A stretch of 64,000 nt of DNA from Nitriliruptorales bacterium (GTDB taxonomy: Bacteria > Actinomycetota > Nitriliruptoria > Nitriliruptorales > JAHWKO01), in assembly GCA_046263195.1 (NCBI GenBank), contig JBHELG010000040.1, forward strand, positions 1,186 to 65,185, written 5' to 3'. Shown one piece after another: positions 50,005 to 58,459 of the stretch (position 1 is the first letter of the stretch; each line of letters starts with the position of its first letter). Both the position numbers and the translations under genes were made by a program. The notes below the pieces were generated by a model. The model was not told the origin of the DNA and searched no databases. It saw only the letters and a program-made list of their open reading frames with translations.

Positions 50005-51356
50005 AGTTGCTCCTTTGCTGCCGGGCTCGATCGCCGTGAAGCACCTTGCATGGCGGGGCGTGAGGTGTCGGCGAGGGTCTGCTCGCGGTCATCTGCAACG
50101 GCCTCAGACGCCGGCCGGGCTGGATGGGCCAGGCCGCCGCTGCGATCGAGGCGCGGGTCGAACGCCACCTTCACCGTGCCGAGCGAGCCGGAGTGGAGCG
50201 CGTGGTCGACCGCCTCTCTCCAGCGAGCGAGGGGGTAGGTGGCACCAACCAGCCTTCCGAGGTCGTGCTCGGCTGCGAGCTCGAGAGCGTCGGCGAATGC
50301 TCCACTGCCCGAGTAGGAGCCGATGACCTCGAGTTCACGCAGCCAGGCCGGTGACAGGTCTACGCCGGCGGGCATGCCGGCGAGCACGACCTTTCCCTGC
50401 GCTCGGGTGACCCGCAAGCACAGGTCGAGCGCGCTCGGCGAGCCCACGCAGTCAAAACTCACGTCGACCCCTCCCAGCAGGAAGGGCCTCGAGCGCTCCG
50501 GCTCGCAGCGAAAGGCGGCCGTGGCGCGACGTACCGCACCCAGCGCCTCGCCTGGACTGGTTACCGCGGAGGCGCCCAGCTGACGCGCCAGGTCGGCTTG
50601 GAAGCGATGCTTGGCAACGACCGTTATGCGGCTCGTCGTCGCCTGCTTGCGCAGCGCGATGAGCGTGAGCAGGCCGACCGTTCCGGCACCCACTACGAGG
50701 GCGTCATCCTCATCGGCAACCGCGGCGCGTCTCACGGCTCGCAGCGCGCACGCCATGGGCTCCACCATGACTGCCGTCTCGTCGCTCAAGTCGTCGCTGA
50801 CGGGGTGCAGCTGAGAGGGGTGGGCGATGAGGAGCTCGGACCAGCCCCCGTCCGTGTCATGGCAGTAGCCACTCTGGAGGCCCGCGCTCACGTCACCTGC
50901 GGTCAGTCGTTCGCACAGTCCCGGCTCACCCACGGCGCACATCTCACAGGGCGGCTGGATGCCCCGCACCGTGCAGCCGAGGACGGGGTCGAGAACGACC
51001 CTCTGCCCTGTGGACAGGGCCGGCGAGGTCGCAGGATGGGACGCTGGCGGATCGTCGAGGTGGACGTCGTCGAGCAGTTCACCGACGACTTCATGACCCG
51101 GCACGAACGGCAGCGAAACAAGCGGCGAGAAGTAGAAGCTCGCACTTCCCATGAGTGTGTTCAGATCAGAGCCGCAGATTCCGGACAGACTGGGGCGGAC
51201 ACGGACCCAGCCGTTGCCGTTCGGAGACCTGACCTCCCGGTCGACGAGACGCAGCGGCGCGATTGGACCCGCCGCAACCCTCCGCAACCGCCCGGAGAGC
51301 GTCCTGGCTGCCAGGTAACGGGGGATCGAGCGGTAGAACTCGAGGCAGAGCGTCAT
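50001..51356 (-). CDS. zinc-binding medium-chain dehydrogenase/reductase (MDR) with C-terminal extension
   Basis: GICGSDL, PGHEVVGE, structural-Zn Cys cluster (CEMCAVGEPGLC), and Rossmann VVGAGTVGLL. Confidence 0.82.
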   Translation of the reverse strand: MTLCLEFYRSIPRYLAARTLSGRLRRVAAGPIAPLRLVDREVRSPNGNGWVRVRPSLSGICGSDLNTLMGSASFYFSPLVSLPFVPGHEVVGELLDDVHLDDPPASHPATSPALSTGQRVVLDPVLGCTVRGIQPPCEMCAVGEPGLCERLTAGDVSAGLQSGYCHDTDGGWSELLIAHPSQLHPVSDDLSDETAVMVEPMACALRAVRRAAVADEDDALVVGAGTVGLLTLIALRKQATTSRITVVAKHRFQADLARQLGASAVTSPGEALGAVRRATAAFRCEPERSRPFLLGGVDVSFDCVGSPSALDLCLRVTRAQGKVVLAGMPAGVDLSPAWLRELEVIGSYSGSGAFADALELAAEHDLGRLVGATYPLARWREAVDHALHSGSLGTVKVAFDPRLDRSGGLAHPARPASEAVADDREQTLADTSRPAMQGASRRSSPAAKEQL

Positions 51357-53692
51357 GGCCCCGACCCGGAACGGAAGCCAGCAAGAGGGCCGCCATCGCC
51401 GATCGCCTGGCCGGCGGAGCGTTCTCCAGCGTCATCGAGGCCAGAGACCAGGGAGCCCGGCAGCCCGATCCTGGGGATTCCTGCCTCAGCCGGCCACTCC
51501 TCCACGGGCCAGTGGCGGGTCCGAGCAACCCGGTTGAGGGCTACCTCGGGATTGACGGCGACCGGGAATCCGACCGCCTCGAGCAGGGGCAGGTCGCTGA
51601 GGGAGTCCGCGTAGGCGTAGGACGCGGAGAGATCGGCCCCGCTTTCGCGGGCGTAGTCCCGTAGCCAGGAGGCGCGTGCCTCGCCCACCAGTGGAGGGCG
51701 GGTGAGATCGCCGGTAAGCCTGCCGTTGTCCTCCCGAAGACGAGCGCTCACCACCTCGTCGGCCAGTGCGGCGATCGGTTCGACGATGAAGTCGAGGGCA
51801 CCGGTGATGAACACGACACGGTGTCCTGCACGGCGATGGGCGCGGATGCGTCGAGCGGCCGCGGGAGAAAGACGACGCAGGACCAGGTCGCCGAGGGTGG
51901 CGCGAGCCAGCGAACGGACCGCGTCCGCGTCGGCGCCCTCGTAGCCGCGGTAGAAGAGGCGCAGGAACTCCCCTCGGTCGTACCGCTCGGCCTGCAGCAG
52001 ACGTGGCAGCCGAACGCCGGAACGGGCGAGCACCATCGCCCGCGCGGACCTGTCACCGCTGTCAGCGAGCCGAAGCCACAGGTAGGCCTCGACAACGTTC
52101 GAGTCGACGATGGTCCCCTCCACGTCGAAGACGGCGAGGATCGGGGGGGCGTCGGGACGCCGCGCCGGTAAGACCACCCGCGGCTCGGGACGAGCCGGAG
52201 GCGGCTGCCGCAGGAGTGCGGTGATCGCAGGCAGATGCACATTGATGAGGTAGTGCTGCCAGGTGAACGACGTCGAGTCGAAGCCGAAGTCGCTGCGGTC
52301 CGCGGGAGACATGGAGTCATGGAGGGCTTTCGCCCGATCGTCCGTGTAGATGACCTCCGCCTCGGCGTACGGGCCGTAGAGATCGGAGTAACGCCGGGCG
52401 AAGTCGATGCGTTGACGCAGTCCATGCATGCGGAGCGAACTCTCTCGCGCGAAGCGGCCGCGAGGCAGTCTTTCCACCAGCCTCTCAGCAGCGCCGAGTG
52501 CCCGTTCAGCAGTACGAAGTCGGCGCTCGACGATGCGACGGCCTGGAAAGCGCCATTCGGGCACCCGATAGGTGCCACGTCCCCATTCAGGCAGAGGCTT
52601 GTCGAGGAAGTAGGCGCGTGTGTGCTGGTAGATATACCGGAACTGAAGTGGGTTTCGGTTGCCCGAGCAGAGGTGGTAGACGCTGGGGCGGGCAGAGACC
52701 GCGCCGTTGGCAGTGCGCAGGTTCGCGGCGATGGCGATGCAACCGTTCACGACGAGATCGACCGGGATGAGGTCGATCACGCCTTCGGGGATGGCGGGGA
52801 ACTCCGGCAGAGCGCCACGCCCGTAGCCGAGCATGACCGGGTCCGCCATTCGGAAGCCGGAGATCCAACCCGGGTAAGGGTGGCTGAGAGCGCTCTCGAT
52901 TATGGACGGCCTCACAATCGCGATGGGGCCGTCGGCTGCGGTCTCGCCGAGGGCGACCTCGGTCAGCGCCTTCGTGAAGGTGTACACGTCTGGCCAGCCG
53001 ACGCTGCGAGCCCTCGCCCGCCCCGCTGCCACTTCGCGTTGGCGAACCCACTGGCGGCGTAGCTCCTCCGCACGCCGGGCGGCGGACTGTGGACCAGCCT
53101 TACCGATCTCGTGCTCAGCTCGGCGATGGAGACGCTCGAGCACCTCCGGCCGACGCGAAGCCGCCTCGACATCGTCACGGATGCGGGCGGCGGCGGCAGC
53201 TTCCTTGCGCCAGTCCACGCCGAGCTCGAGGGCCTCCTCATGCTGGGTGCCACGCGTGACGCCGGCCACGTAGGCCGTCGAGACGTGAACGAAGGGCCGG
53301 TGGGCGGCGGCCTGCCGCAGCCTGAGCGTCCCGTGGAGGTTCGTGTCGAAGGCTTCGTCGACGGGGGGATCGAACGAGACGGTGGCCGCTGCGTGGATGA
53401 CAAGGTCGACGTCCTCCGGAACGGTCACGTTCTGGAGGTCACCCGGGATTGGCCGCAGCTTGCTCGCCGCGAGCTCCGCTAGGCCGTCCGGGCCGAGACG
53501 CTTGCGGGCGGGGCGGAACGCGGGGCTGGCGAGCAGCTCACGCGTGCGAGCCTCGGGATCGCCGCGGATGAGCAGGTCGAGCCGCTCGAGCGGAACGTCG
53601 AGGAGAAGCCGCTCGAGCAGCGCGGTGCCGAGAAACCCGGTCGCACCCGTGAGCAGGATCCGCGCTCCCGCCAGCGACTCCCGGACCTCCAT
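51353..53692 (-). CDS. fusion protein: fatty acyl-CoA/ACP reductase-type NAD(P) domain + HAD-IB hydrolase domain
   Basis: N-terminal half: ILLTGATGFLGTALLERLL, VHVSTAYV, YTFTK (YxxxK), matching the NAD_binding_4 / male-sterility type. C-terminal half: ILAVFDVEGTIVDSN (motif I, with DVE in place of DxD), then YADSLSDLPLLEAVGFPVAVNP (HAD-IB motif IV). Confidence 0.8.
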   Translation of the reverse strand: MEVRESLAGARILLTGATGFLGTALLERLLLDVPLERLDLLIRGDPEARTRELLASPAFRPARKRLGPDGLAELAASKLRPIPGDLQNVTVPEDVDLVIHAAATVSFDPPVDEAFDTNLHGTLRLRQAAAHRPFVHVSTAYVAGVTRGTQHEEALELGVDWRKEAAAAARIRDDVEAASRRPEVLERLHRRAEHEIGKAGPQSAARRAEELRRQWVRQREVAAGRARARSVGWPDVYTFTKALTEVALGETAADGPIAIVRPSIIESALSHPYPGWISGFRMADPVMLGYGRGALPEFPAIPEGVIDLIPVDLVVNGCIAIAANLRTANGAVSARPSVYHLCSGNRNPLQFRYIYQHTRAYFLDKPLPEWGRGTYRVPEWRFPGRRIVERRLRTAERALGAAERLVERLPRGRFARESSLRMHGLRQRIDFARRYSDLYGPYAEAEVIYTDDRAKALHDSMSPADRSDFGFDSTSFTWQHYLINVHLPAITALLRQPPPARPEPRVVLPARRPDAPPILAVFDVEGTIVDSNVVEAYLWLRLADSGDRSARAMVLARSGVRLPRLLQAERYDRGEFLRLFYRGYEGADADAVRSLARATLGDLVLRRLSPAAARRIRAHRRAGHRVVFITGALDFIVEPIAALADEVVSARLREDNGRLTGDLTRPPLVGEARASWLRDYARESGADLSASYAYADSLSDLPLLEAVGFPVAVNPEVALNRVARTRHWPVEEWPAEAGIPRIGLPGSLVSGLDDAGERSAGQAIGDGGPLAGFRSGSGP

Positions 53693-53838
53693 CCCCCCCC
53701 ACCCACTGTCTACCGGGCGGCAGGCTATTCGGGAGTATCAGCGTCAGGCAACGTGGCGGCCGGATTTCAGGTCCGCCGGCTTGCCACCGACGGATGACGG
53801 GGGGGTCATACGGCTCGGCGGAGGAGAATGCTCGCTGT

Positions 53839-55239
53839 TTACTCGCCCTGACGCTGCTTTGCGCGTTTGCGTGCCGCCCAGCCCTCGATGGTGCGCTGCT
53901 CGCTGCGCTCGAGGGCGAGAGCGTCGTCGGGGACATCTTTCGTGATGACGGATCCGGCTGCGGTGAAGGCGCCCCGCCCGATGCGTACCGGGGCGACGAG
54001 CATGTTGTCGGAACCGACGAACGCACCGTCTTCGATTACCGTCTCGTGCTTCGTGAAGCCGTCGTAGTTGCAGGTGATGGCTCCAGCACTGAAGTTCACC
54101 TCTCGTCCCACGCGAGCGTCGCCGACGTAGGAGAGGTGCGGCACCTTCGAGCCCTCGCCGATCGTGGCGTTCTTCATCTCCACGAAGGCGCCGGCCTTGG
54201 CGCGGCGCTCGAGACGCGTTCCGGGCCGCAGGTACGTGAACGGTCCCACGGACGCTTCGGGTCCTACCGAGGCGCCGAGGACCACCGACTGCGCCACCGT
54301 GGCCCCGTCCTGAATCTCGGCGTCGACGAGCCGCGTGTAAGGACCGAGGCTCACCCGCTCGCCGATGTGCGTCTGGCCTTCGATCAGGCAGCCGGGCAGC
54401 AGGACGGTGTCGCGTCCGATGGAGACGTCGACGTCGACGTAGGTCGTGGCTGGGTCGACGACGGTCACGCCGCCGCGCATGAGTCGTTCGAGCGTCCGCT
54501 GGCGGAGCAACGCGCCGGCCGCGGCTAGCTGGACGCGGTCGTTGACTCCGCTCACGTCTTCGGCACTGGCCGGGGCGGTCTGCAGGTCGTGTCCCTCGTT
54601 CACGAGGATTCCGACCACGTCGGTAAGGTAGAGCTCGCTCTGCGCGTTGACGGGAGCGAGTCGTTTCAGCGCCTCGGCCAGACATGCCCGTTCGAAGAGG
54701 TACATGCCTGCGTTCGCCTCTCGCAGCCCCCGCTGGGTCTCGCTGGCATCGGCTTCCTCTACCACGCCCAGGACACGGCCGGACTCGTCCCGCAGGATGC
54801 GACCGTACCCCGTGGGGTCATCGAACTCGACCGTCAGCAGAGCCCCACTCGCGCTGGCACCGGCTTGGAGGAGACGTCCCAGGGTGGAGGCGGTCAGCAG
54901 AGGTGTGTCGCCCGGGAGGATGAGCACGCGTTCCACGGCGTCGTCGAGGGCGCGAAGACCCTGAGCGGTGGCATCACCGGTGCCGAGCTGACGCTCCTGG
55001 ACGACGGTGACCAGCCCAGGCAGGCCAGCCGAGGCGGCTTCGGCAGCGACGTCATTCCCCTGATATCCGACTACAACGACCACTTGAGACAGGCCGAGCG
55101 GGCGTAGCGCCTCGATGACGTGACGAAGGAGTGTGCGACCCCCGATCCGATGCATCACCTTCGCAAGGTCCGAGCGGAAGCGGGTTCCAAGCCCGGCCGC
55201 CAGGACGATGGCACCACAGGGAGAAGGGTCAGTGCTCAT
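53839..55239 (-). CDS. glmU: bifunctional GlcNAc-1-P uridyltransferase / GlcN-1-P acetyltransferase
   Basis: 466 aa: AIVLAAGLGTRF, LPGDTPLL, and a C-terminal hexapeptide-repeat beta-helix. Confidence 0.93.
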   Translation of the reverse strand: MSTDPSPCGAIVLAAGLGTRFRSDLAKVMHRIGGRTLLRHVIEALRPLGLSQVVVVVGYQGNDVAAEAASAGLPGLVTVVQERQLGTGDATAQGLRALDDAVERVLILPGDTPLLTASTLGRLLQAGASASGALLTVEFDDPTGYGRILRDESGRVLGVVEEADASETQRGLREANAGMYLFERACLAEALKRLAPVNAQSELYLTDVVGILVNEGHDLQTAPASAEDVSGVNDRVQLAAAGALLRQRTLERLMRGGVTVVDPATTYVDVDVSIGRDTVLLPGCLIEGQTHIGERVSLGPYTRLVDAEIQDGATVAQSVVLGASVGPEASVGPFTYLRPGTRLERRAKAGAFVEMKNATIGEGSKVPHLSYVGDARVGREVNFSAGAITCNYDGFTKHETVIEDGAFVGSDNMLVAPVRIGRGAFTAAGSVITKDVPDDALALERSEQRTIEGWAARKRAKQRQGE

Positions 55240-55417
55240 CCCGTAGCCTCCGGGCGCTGCGCCTGACTCGAAGCCTCGCTTCTGTGCGTCTCCGTCAGGT
55301 CACCTTTGGTTCGCGTCAGGAGCGTACAGACGCGTTTCCTTCTCGTCGGGCTACAGGCTCTTGATCCCGCAGCCGCGGGGGTCGACCTCCTGTCGAGGAG
55401 CACTCAGGCGGGGCGTC

Positions 55418-55840
55418 CTAACCGCCGCCTTCTGCGCGTCCGCGTGTGATCCCAGCTTCTCTCAACACCGCTGCAGGTACGCCCACCTCCCGCCAAGCCG
55501 TGTAGGTGATCCCTCGCCGCTGGGAGTACTCCTTTGCGATGGCGATGAAGTCACGTTCCAAGGCCTCTCGATCGGCGGACTCCTCGAGTCCGGCGAGTCT
55601 TCGTTCCGCATCGAGCCGCTGCTGGATCAACTCGACGCGACGGGCCGCGTTGGGCTCCTCGTCGATCTGCGCCTGCAGGCGTTCGATCTTCCCTTCCAGT
55701 GACTGCCGGTCAACCGGCCTTCCGCGCTGACCGTTGCTGTGCAGCGCCTCGAGATAGTGGCGCACGACCTTCGCCTGCTGGCGCCCTCGTGCGAGTGCTT
55801 CCTTGTGCTCTGGACTCATCTGACCTCTGGCCATGCCCAT
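55418..55840 (-). CDS. hypothetical coiled-coil protein with possible C-terminal DNA-binding tail
   Basis: 140 aa. A charged helical core is followed by a C-terminal ITYTAWREVGVPAAVLREAGI segment that looks HTH- or Lsr2-tail-like. The family was not recognised. Confidence 0.5.
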   Translation of the reverse strand: MGMARGQMSPEHKEALARGRQQAKVVRHYLEALHSNGQRGRPVDRQSLEGKIERLQAQIDEEPNAARRVELIQQRLDAERRLAGLEESADREALERDFIAIAKEYSQRRGITYTAWREVGVPAAVLREAGITRGRAEGGG

Positions 55841-56435
55841 CCTCCGGTTCCACTTCTAATGGTCCTTCGAGAGCAGATTACAACCGAATGCCTCGCGCTT
55901 CTATCCCTGCCTAGGTTCCTATTGCGAGGCCACGAGCCTGTCACCTGATGGGATCTGGGGGGTGCAATCTCGAGGATGTCTGCCTCTGACTCGTGGACCA
56001 ATAGCCGCTGATGAGACGCTACAAGACTCGCTTCAGCGGGTGTTCACCTTGCGGGTGAGAAGGCTCGCCCCCAGGCAGGAGCGCGAATATTTGGGCGTGG
56101 ACGATGACGCGTAGGTGACTCGAACGGACTGTATCCAGCCGTCACCTCGATCGAATTCCATGCCCACGAGTGCCGCAGGCTCGCCTCTAGCGGCCGATAG
56201 GAGGCTCCACGCGTACGAGGCCCTCTGAGTAGATGGGACATCTGCTCGCCGCGATTGCGACCCTCCCGACTCCAGCCTCGCCGCGCACGGGAGGGGAGCG
56301 GGTGCTCGGCTCTGCTACAGCCAGGGGTGCGAGACCCACAAGTCTCATCCGTGCTCCTCGAAAAGGGCGGAGAAGTGTGCCTGTGACTCACCTCTCAGAC
56401 TACGCTTCCCGGCCAGTCCAGTCGCGGGAGGAAGC

Positions 56436-56705
56436 GTGATCACAGGAATAATCGGCTGGCTGATCGTCGGCGCGATAGTGGGGTATATAGCGCGGCTTCT
56501 CATGCCCGGACGCGACCCCATGGGCTGCCTTGCTACCTCCGCGCTGGGGGTCGTCGGGTCACTCGTCGGGGGAACGCTGGCAAATCTGCTTTTCGACGGG
56601 GAAGTGGAACTGTCGCCAGCGGGCTTCATCGGATCCGTCATCGGTGCGATGATCGTCCTCCTCGTCATTCGCCGTACTCGTCGCCCGCCCCGAGCCCGCA
56701 TGTGA
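56436..56705 (+). CDS. GlsB/YeaQ/YmgE (transglycosylase-associated) stress membrane protein
   Basis: 89 aa: GIIGWLIVGAIVGYIARLLMPGRDPMG...GSLVGG. GTG start with GGAGGAAG SD. Confidence 0.8.
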   Translation: MITGIIGWLIVGAIVGYIARLLMPGRDPMGCLATSALGVVGSLVGGTLANLLFDGEVELSPAGFIGSVIGAMIVLLVIRRTRRPPRARM

Positions 56706-56714
56706 CCGGAAAGC

Positions 56715-58130
56715 ATGGAGCGGCCCGAGGCCAAGCCGAGGGCTGCGGCAAGGATTAGTGCCCTAAACGGCGGCACGGCAGGGATACGGGGTCAGGATCG
56801 GTGTCGGGGCGTGACGTGCGCCCTGGCCACTGCGGTGGCATCATGCGCGCCTCTCGCATCAACACCGGAGCGTCGAATACCCGAGCGTCTTACCTTCAAA
56901 CAAGTGGCATGGGCCGTTGCCGCCTCGGCGCTGGTTACCGTCCCGGTGCTCGGCCTGGCCGTCGTAGGCTCCCCAGCGTCGGTGGGGGCCAAGGCTGAGC
57001 AGTGGCCGGCCATTCCTCCCCCCGGCCCCGACGATCCGGCAGCATCCCCCACTCCCGGCGCACACAGTGCGGCCCCGGCGGTCGCCCCCCAACGCTCAAC
57101 CTCAGGGCCCCAGACGAGGGCGATCACCGTCGCCTTCGGCGGCGACGTGCACGGGGAGAAGCAGATCCGCCGGGCGCTCGAGGCGGGTGAACAGCCTCTG
57201 GCTGGGATGGCGCCGGTGCTGGCGGCTGCGGACCTCGCGATCGTCAACCTCGAGACGGCGCTGGGGGATGGAGGTCTGCCGGCAGACAAGCGGCACACGT
57301 TCCTCGCACCACACACGCTGCTCGTCGCCTTGAGAGAAGCCGGCGTAGACGTGGTGTCGCTTGCGAACAACCACAGCCTCGACTACGGCTGGACGACCTT
57401 GCGGGGCGGGCTCGCCCGGCTCGCGGATGCGGGGCTGGCGACCGTCGGGGTGGGGGAGGACGCAGCCAGCGCTTACGCCCCGCACGTCGTCGAGGTGCTT
57501 GGTGCACGAGTCGCAGTGATCGGCCTGACCCGTGTCATCCCGCGCAGAAACTGGGCGGCAGGTGAGGACCGACCCGGGCTCGCTTCCGGCTATGACTTGA
57601 GGCGCGCGGCAGCGGCGGTGCGGGCAGGGGCGGCGGCCGCTGACCATGTGATCGTCACCGTGCACTGGGGCACTGAGCTTGCAGGCTGCCCCGATGGCAA
57701 CCAGCTCACGCTCGCCCGAGTCCTGCACGAGGCAGGAGCGGATGTTGTCGTGGGCCACCACCCCCACGTCCTGCAAGGAGTCGATCACGGCCCACACGGA
57801 CTGACGGCCTACAGTCTCGGCAACCTTCTGTGGTATTCGACGGGACCAGTCACACGCCTCAGCGGCGTACTCACCGTCACCCTCGGCCCCGAAGGAGTGG
57901 AGGGTTGGCAGTTACATCCTGCAGTGGTAACCCCGAGCGGCTCGCCACTGCCTGCCGGCGACGATGACGGCAAACGGGCCCTCGAGCGCCTCGAACTGCT
58001 ACCCGGCCACCCGACCTGCCTGCATCAGGCACCTTCCCAGCCTGGACCTCCTGCATTCGTGATTCGTGACGGCGTCGGCGGTCCCTTGAGCGGCGAGCAG
58101 GACCTGCAACCCCCTCTGCCTAAACCCTGA
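56715..58130 (+). CDS. CapA-family (PGA_cap metallophosphatase-like) protein
   Basis: ITVAFGGDVH, LAIVNLETAL, VVSLANNHSLDYG, VHWGTE, VVVGHHPHVLQG. N-terminal TM. Start uncertain. Confidence 0.8.
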   Translation: MERPEAKPRAAARISALNGGTAGIRGQDRCRGVTCALATAVASCAPLASTPERRIPERLTFKQVAWAVAASALVTVPVLGLAVVGSPASVGAKAEQWPAIPPPGPDDPAASPTPGAHSAAPAVAPQRSTSGPQTRAITVAFGGDVHGEKQIRRALEAGEQPLAGMAPVLAAADLAIVNLETALGDGGLPADKRHTFLAPHTLLVALREAGVDVVSLANNHSLDYGWTTLRGGLARLADAGLATVGVGEDAASAYAPHVVEVLGARVAVIGLTRVIPRRNWAAGEDRPGLASGYDLRRAAAAVRAGAAAADHVIVTVHWGTELAGCPDGNQLTLARVLHEAGADVVVGHHPHVLQGVDHGPHGLTAYSLGNLLWYSTGPVTRLSGVLTVTLGPEGVEGWQLHPAVVTPSGSPLPAGDDDGKRALERLELLPGHPTCLHQAPSQPGPPAFVIRDGVGGPLSGEQDLQPPLPKP

Positions 58131-58459
58131 TACCAGCTTTGAGGGCGGTCGTTTCCGCCCTCGATCAGGCCGATGAGGGGGACGAGTCCCTCGGCGCTCT
58201 TCGATCACCCGCCGCTCCCGCTTGGGGTGGACACAACTCGTGGGTATCTCCGCGCCTTAGCACCTGCTATCGGCATGGGCCGCCTCAGGCCCTACCCGAT
58301 CGGACGGCTCGCCTTGATCAGATAAAGCGAACAATACAAGCAGACAGGAAAGAGACGGCCAAGGAAGTCCACACCAACCGCTCGTGGTGACCTGGACGTT
58401 GGGCGGGCAGCTTCTCGAGGCCCGGCGGGGAAGCCCGAGGTTCGACTGGCGAGAGACCG

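Noticed and set aside
53744-54685. Long antisense or alternative-frame ORFs across the window. Examples: 53744..54685(-), 36453..37739(-), 35573..36700(+), 21106..22827(-), 38460..38987(-), 40033..40968(-)
   Set aside because: They overlap strongly supported genes (glmU, znuA/znuB, hyuA, mfd). They have Arg/Pro/Gly/Ser-rich low-complexity translations typical of off-frame reading in high-GC DNA, and they show no recognisable motifs.
56005-56039. CUGAUGAG string suggesting a hammerhead ribozyme core
   Set aside because: No downstream GAAA/CGAAAC core element or three-way junction can be drawn. It is simply part of a 7-bp hairpin (CCGCTGA...TCAGCGG).
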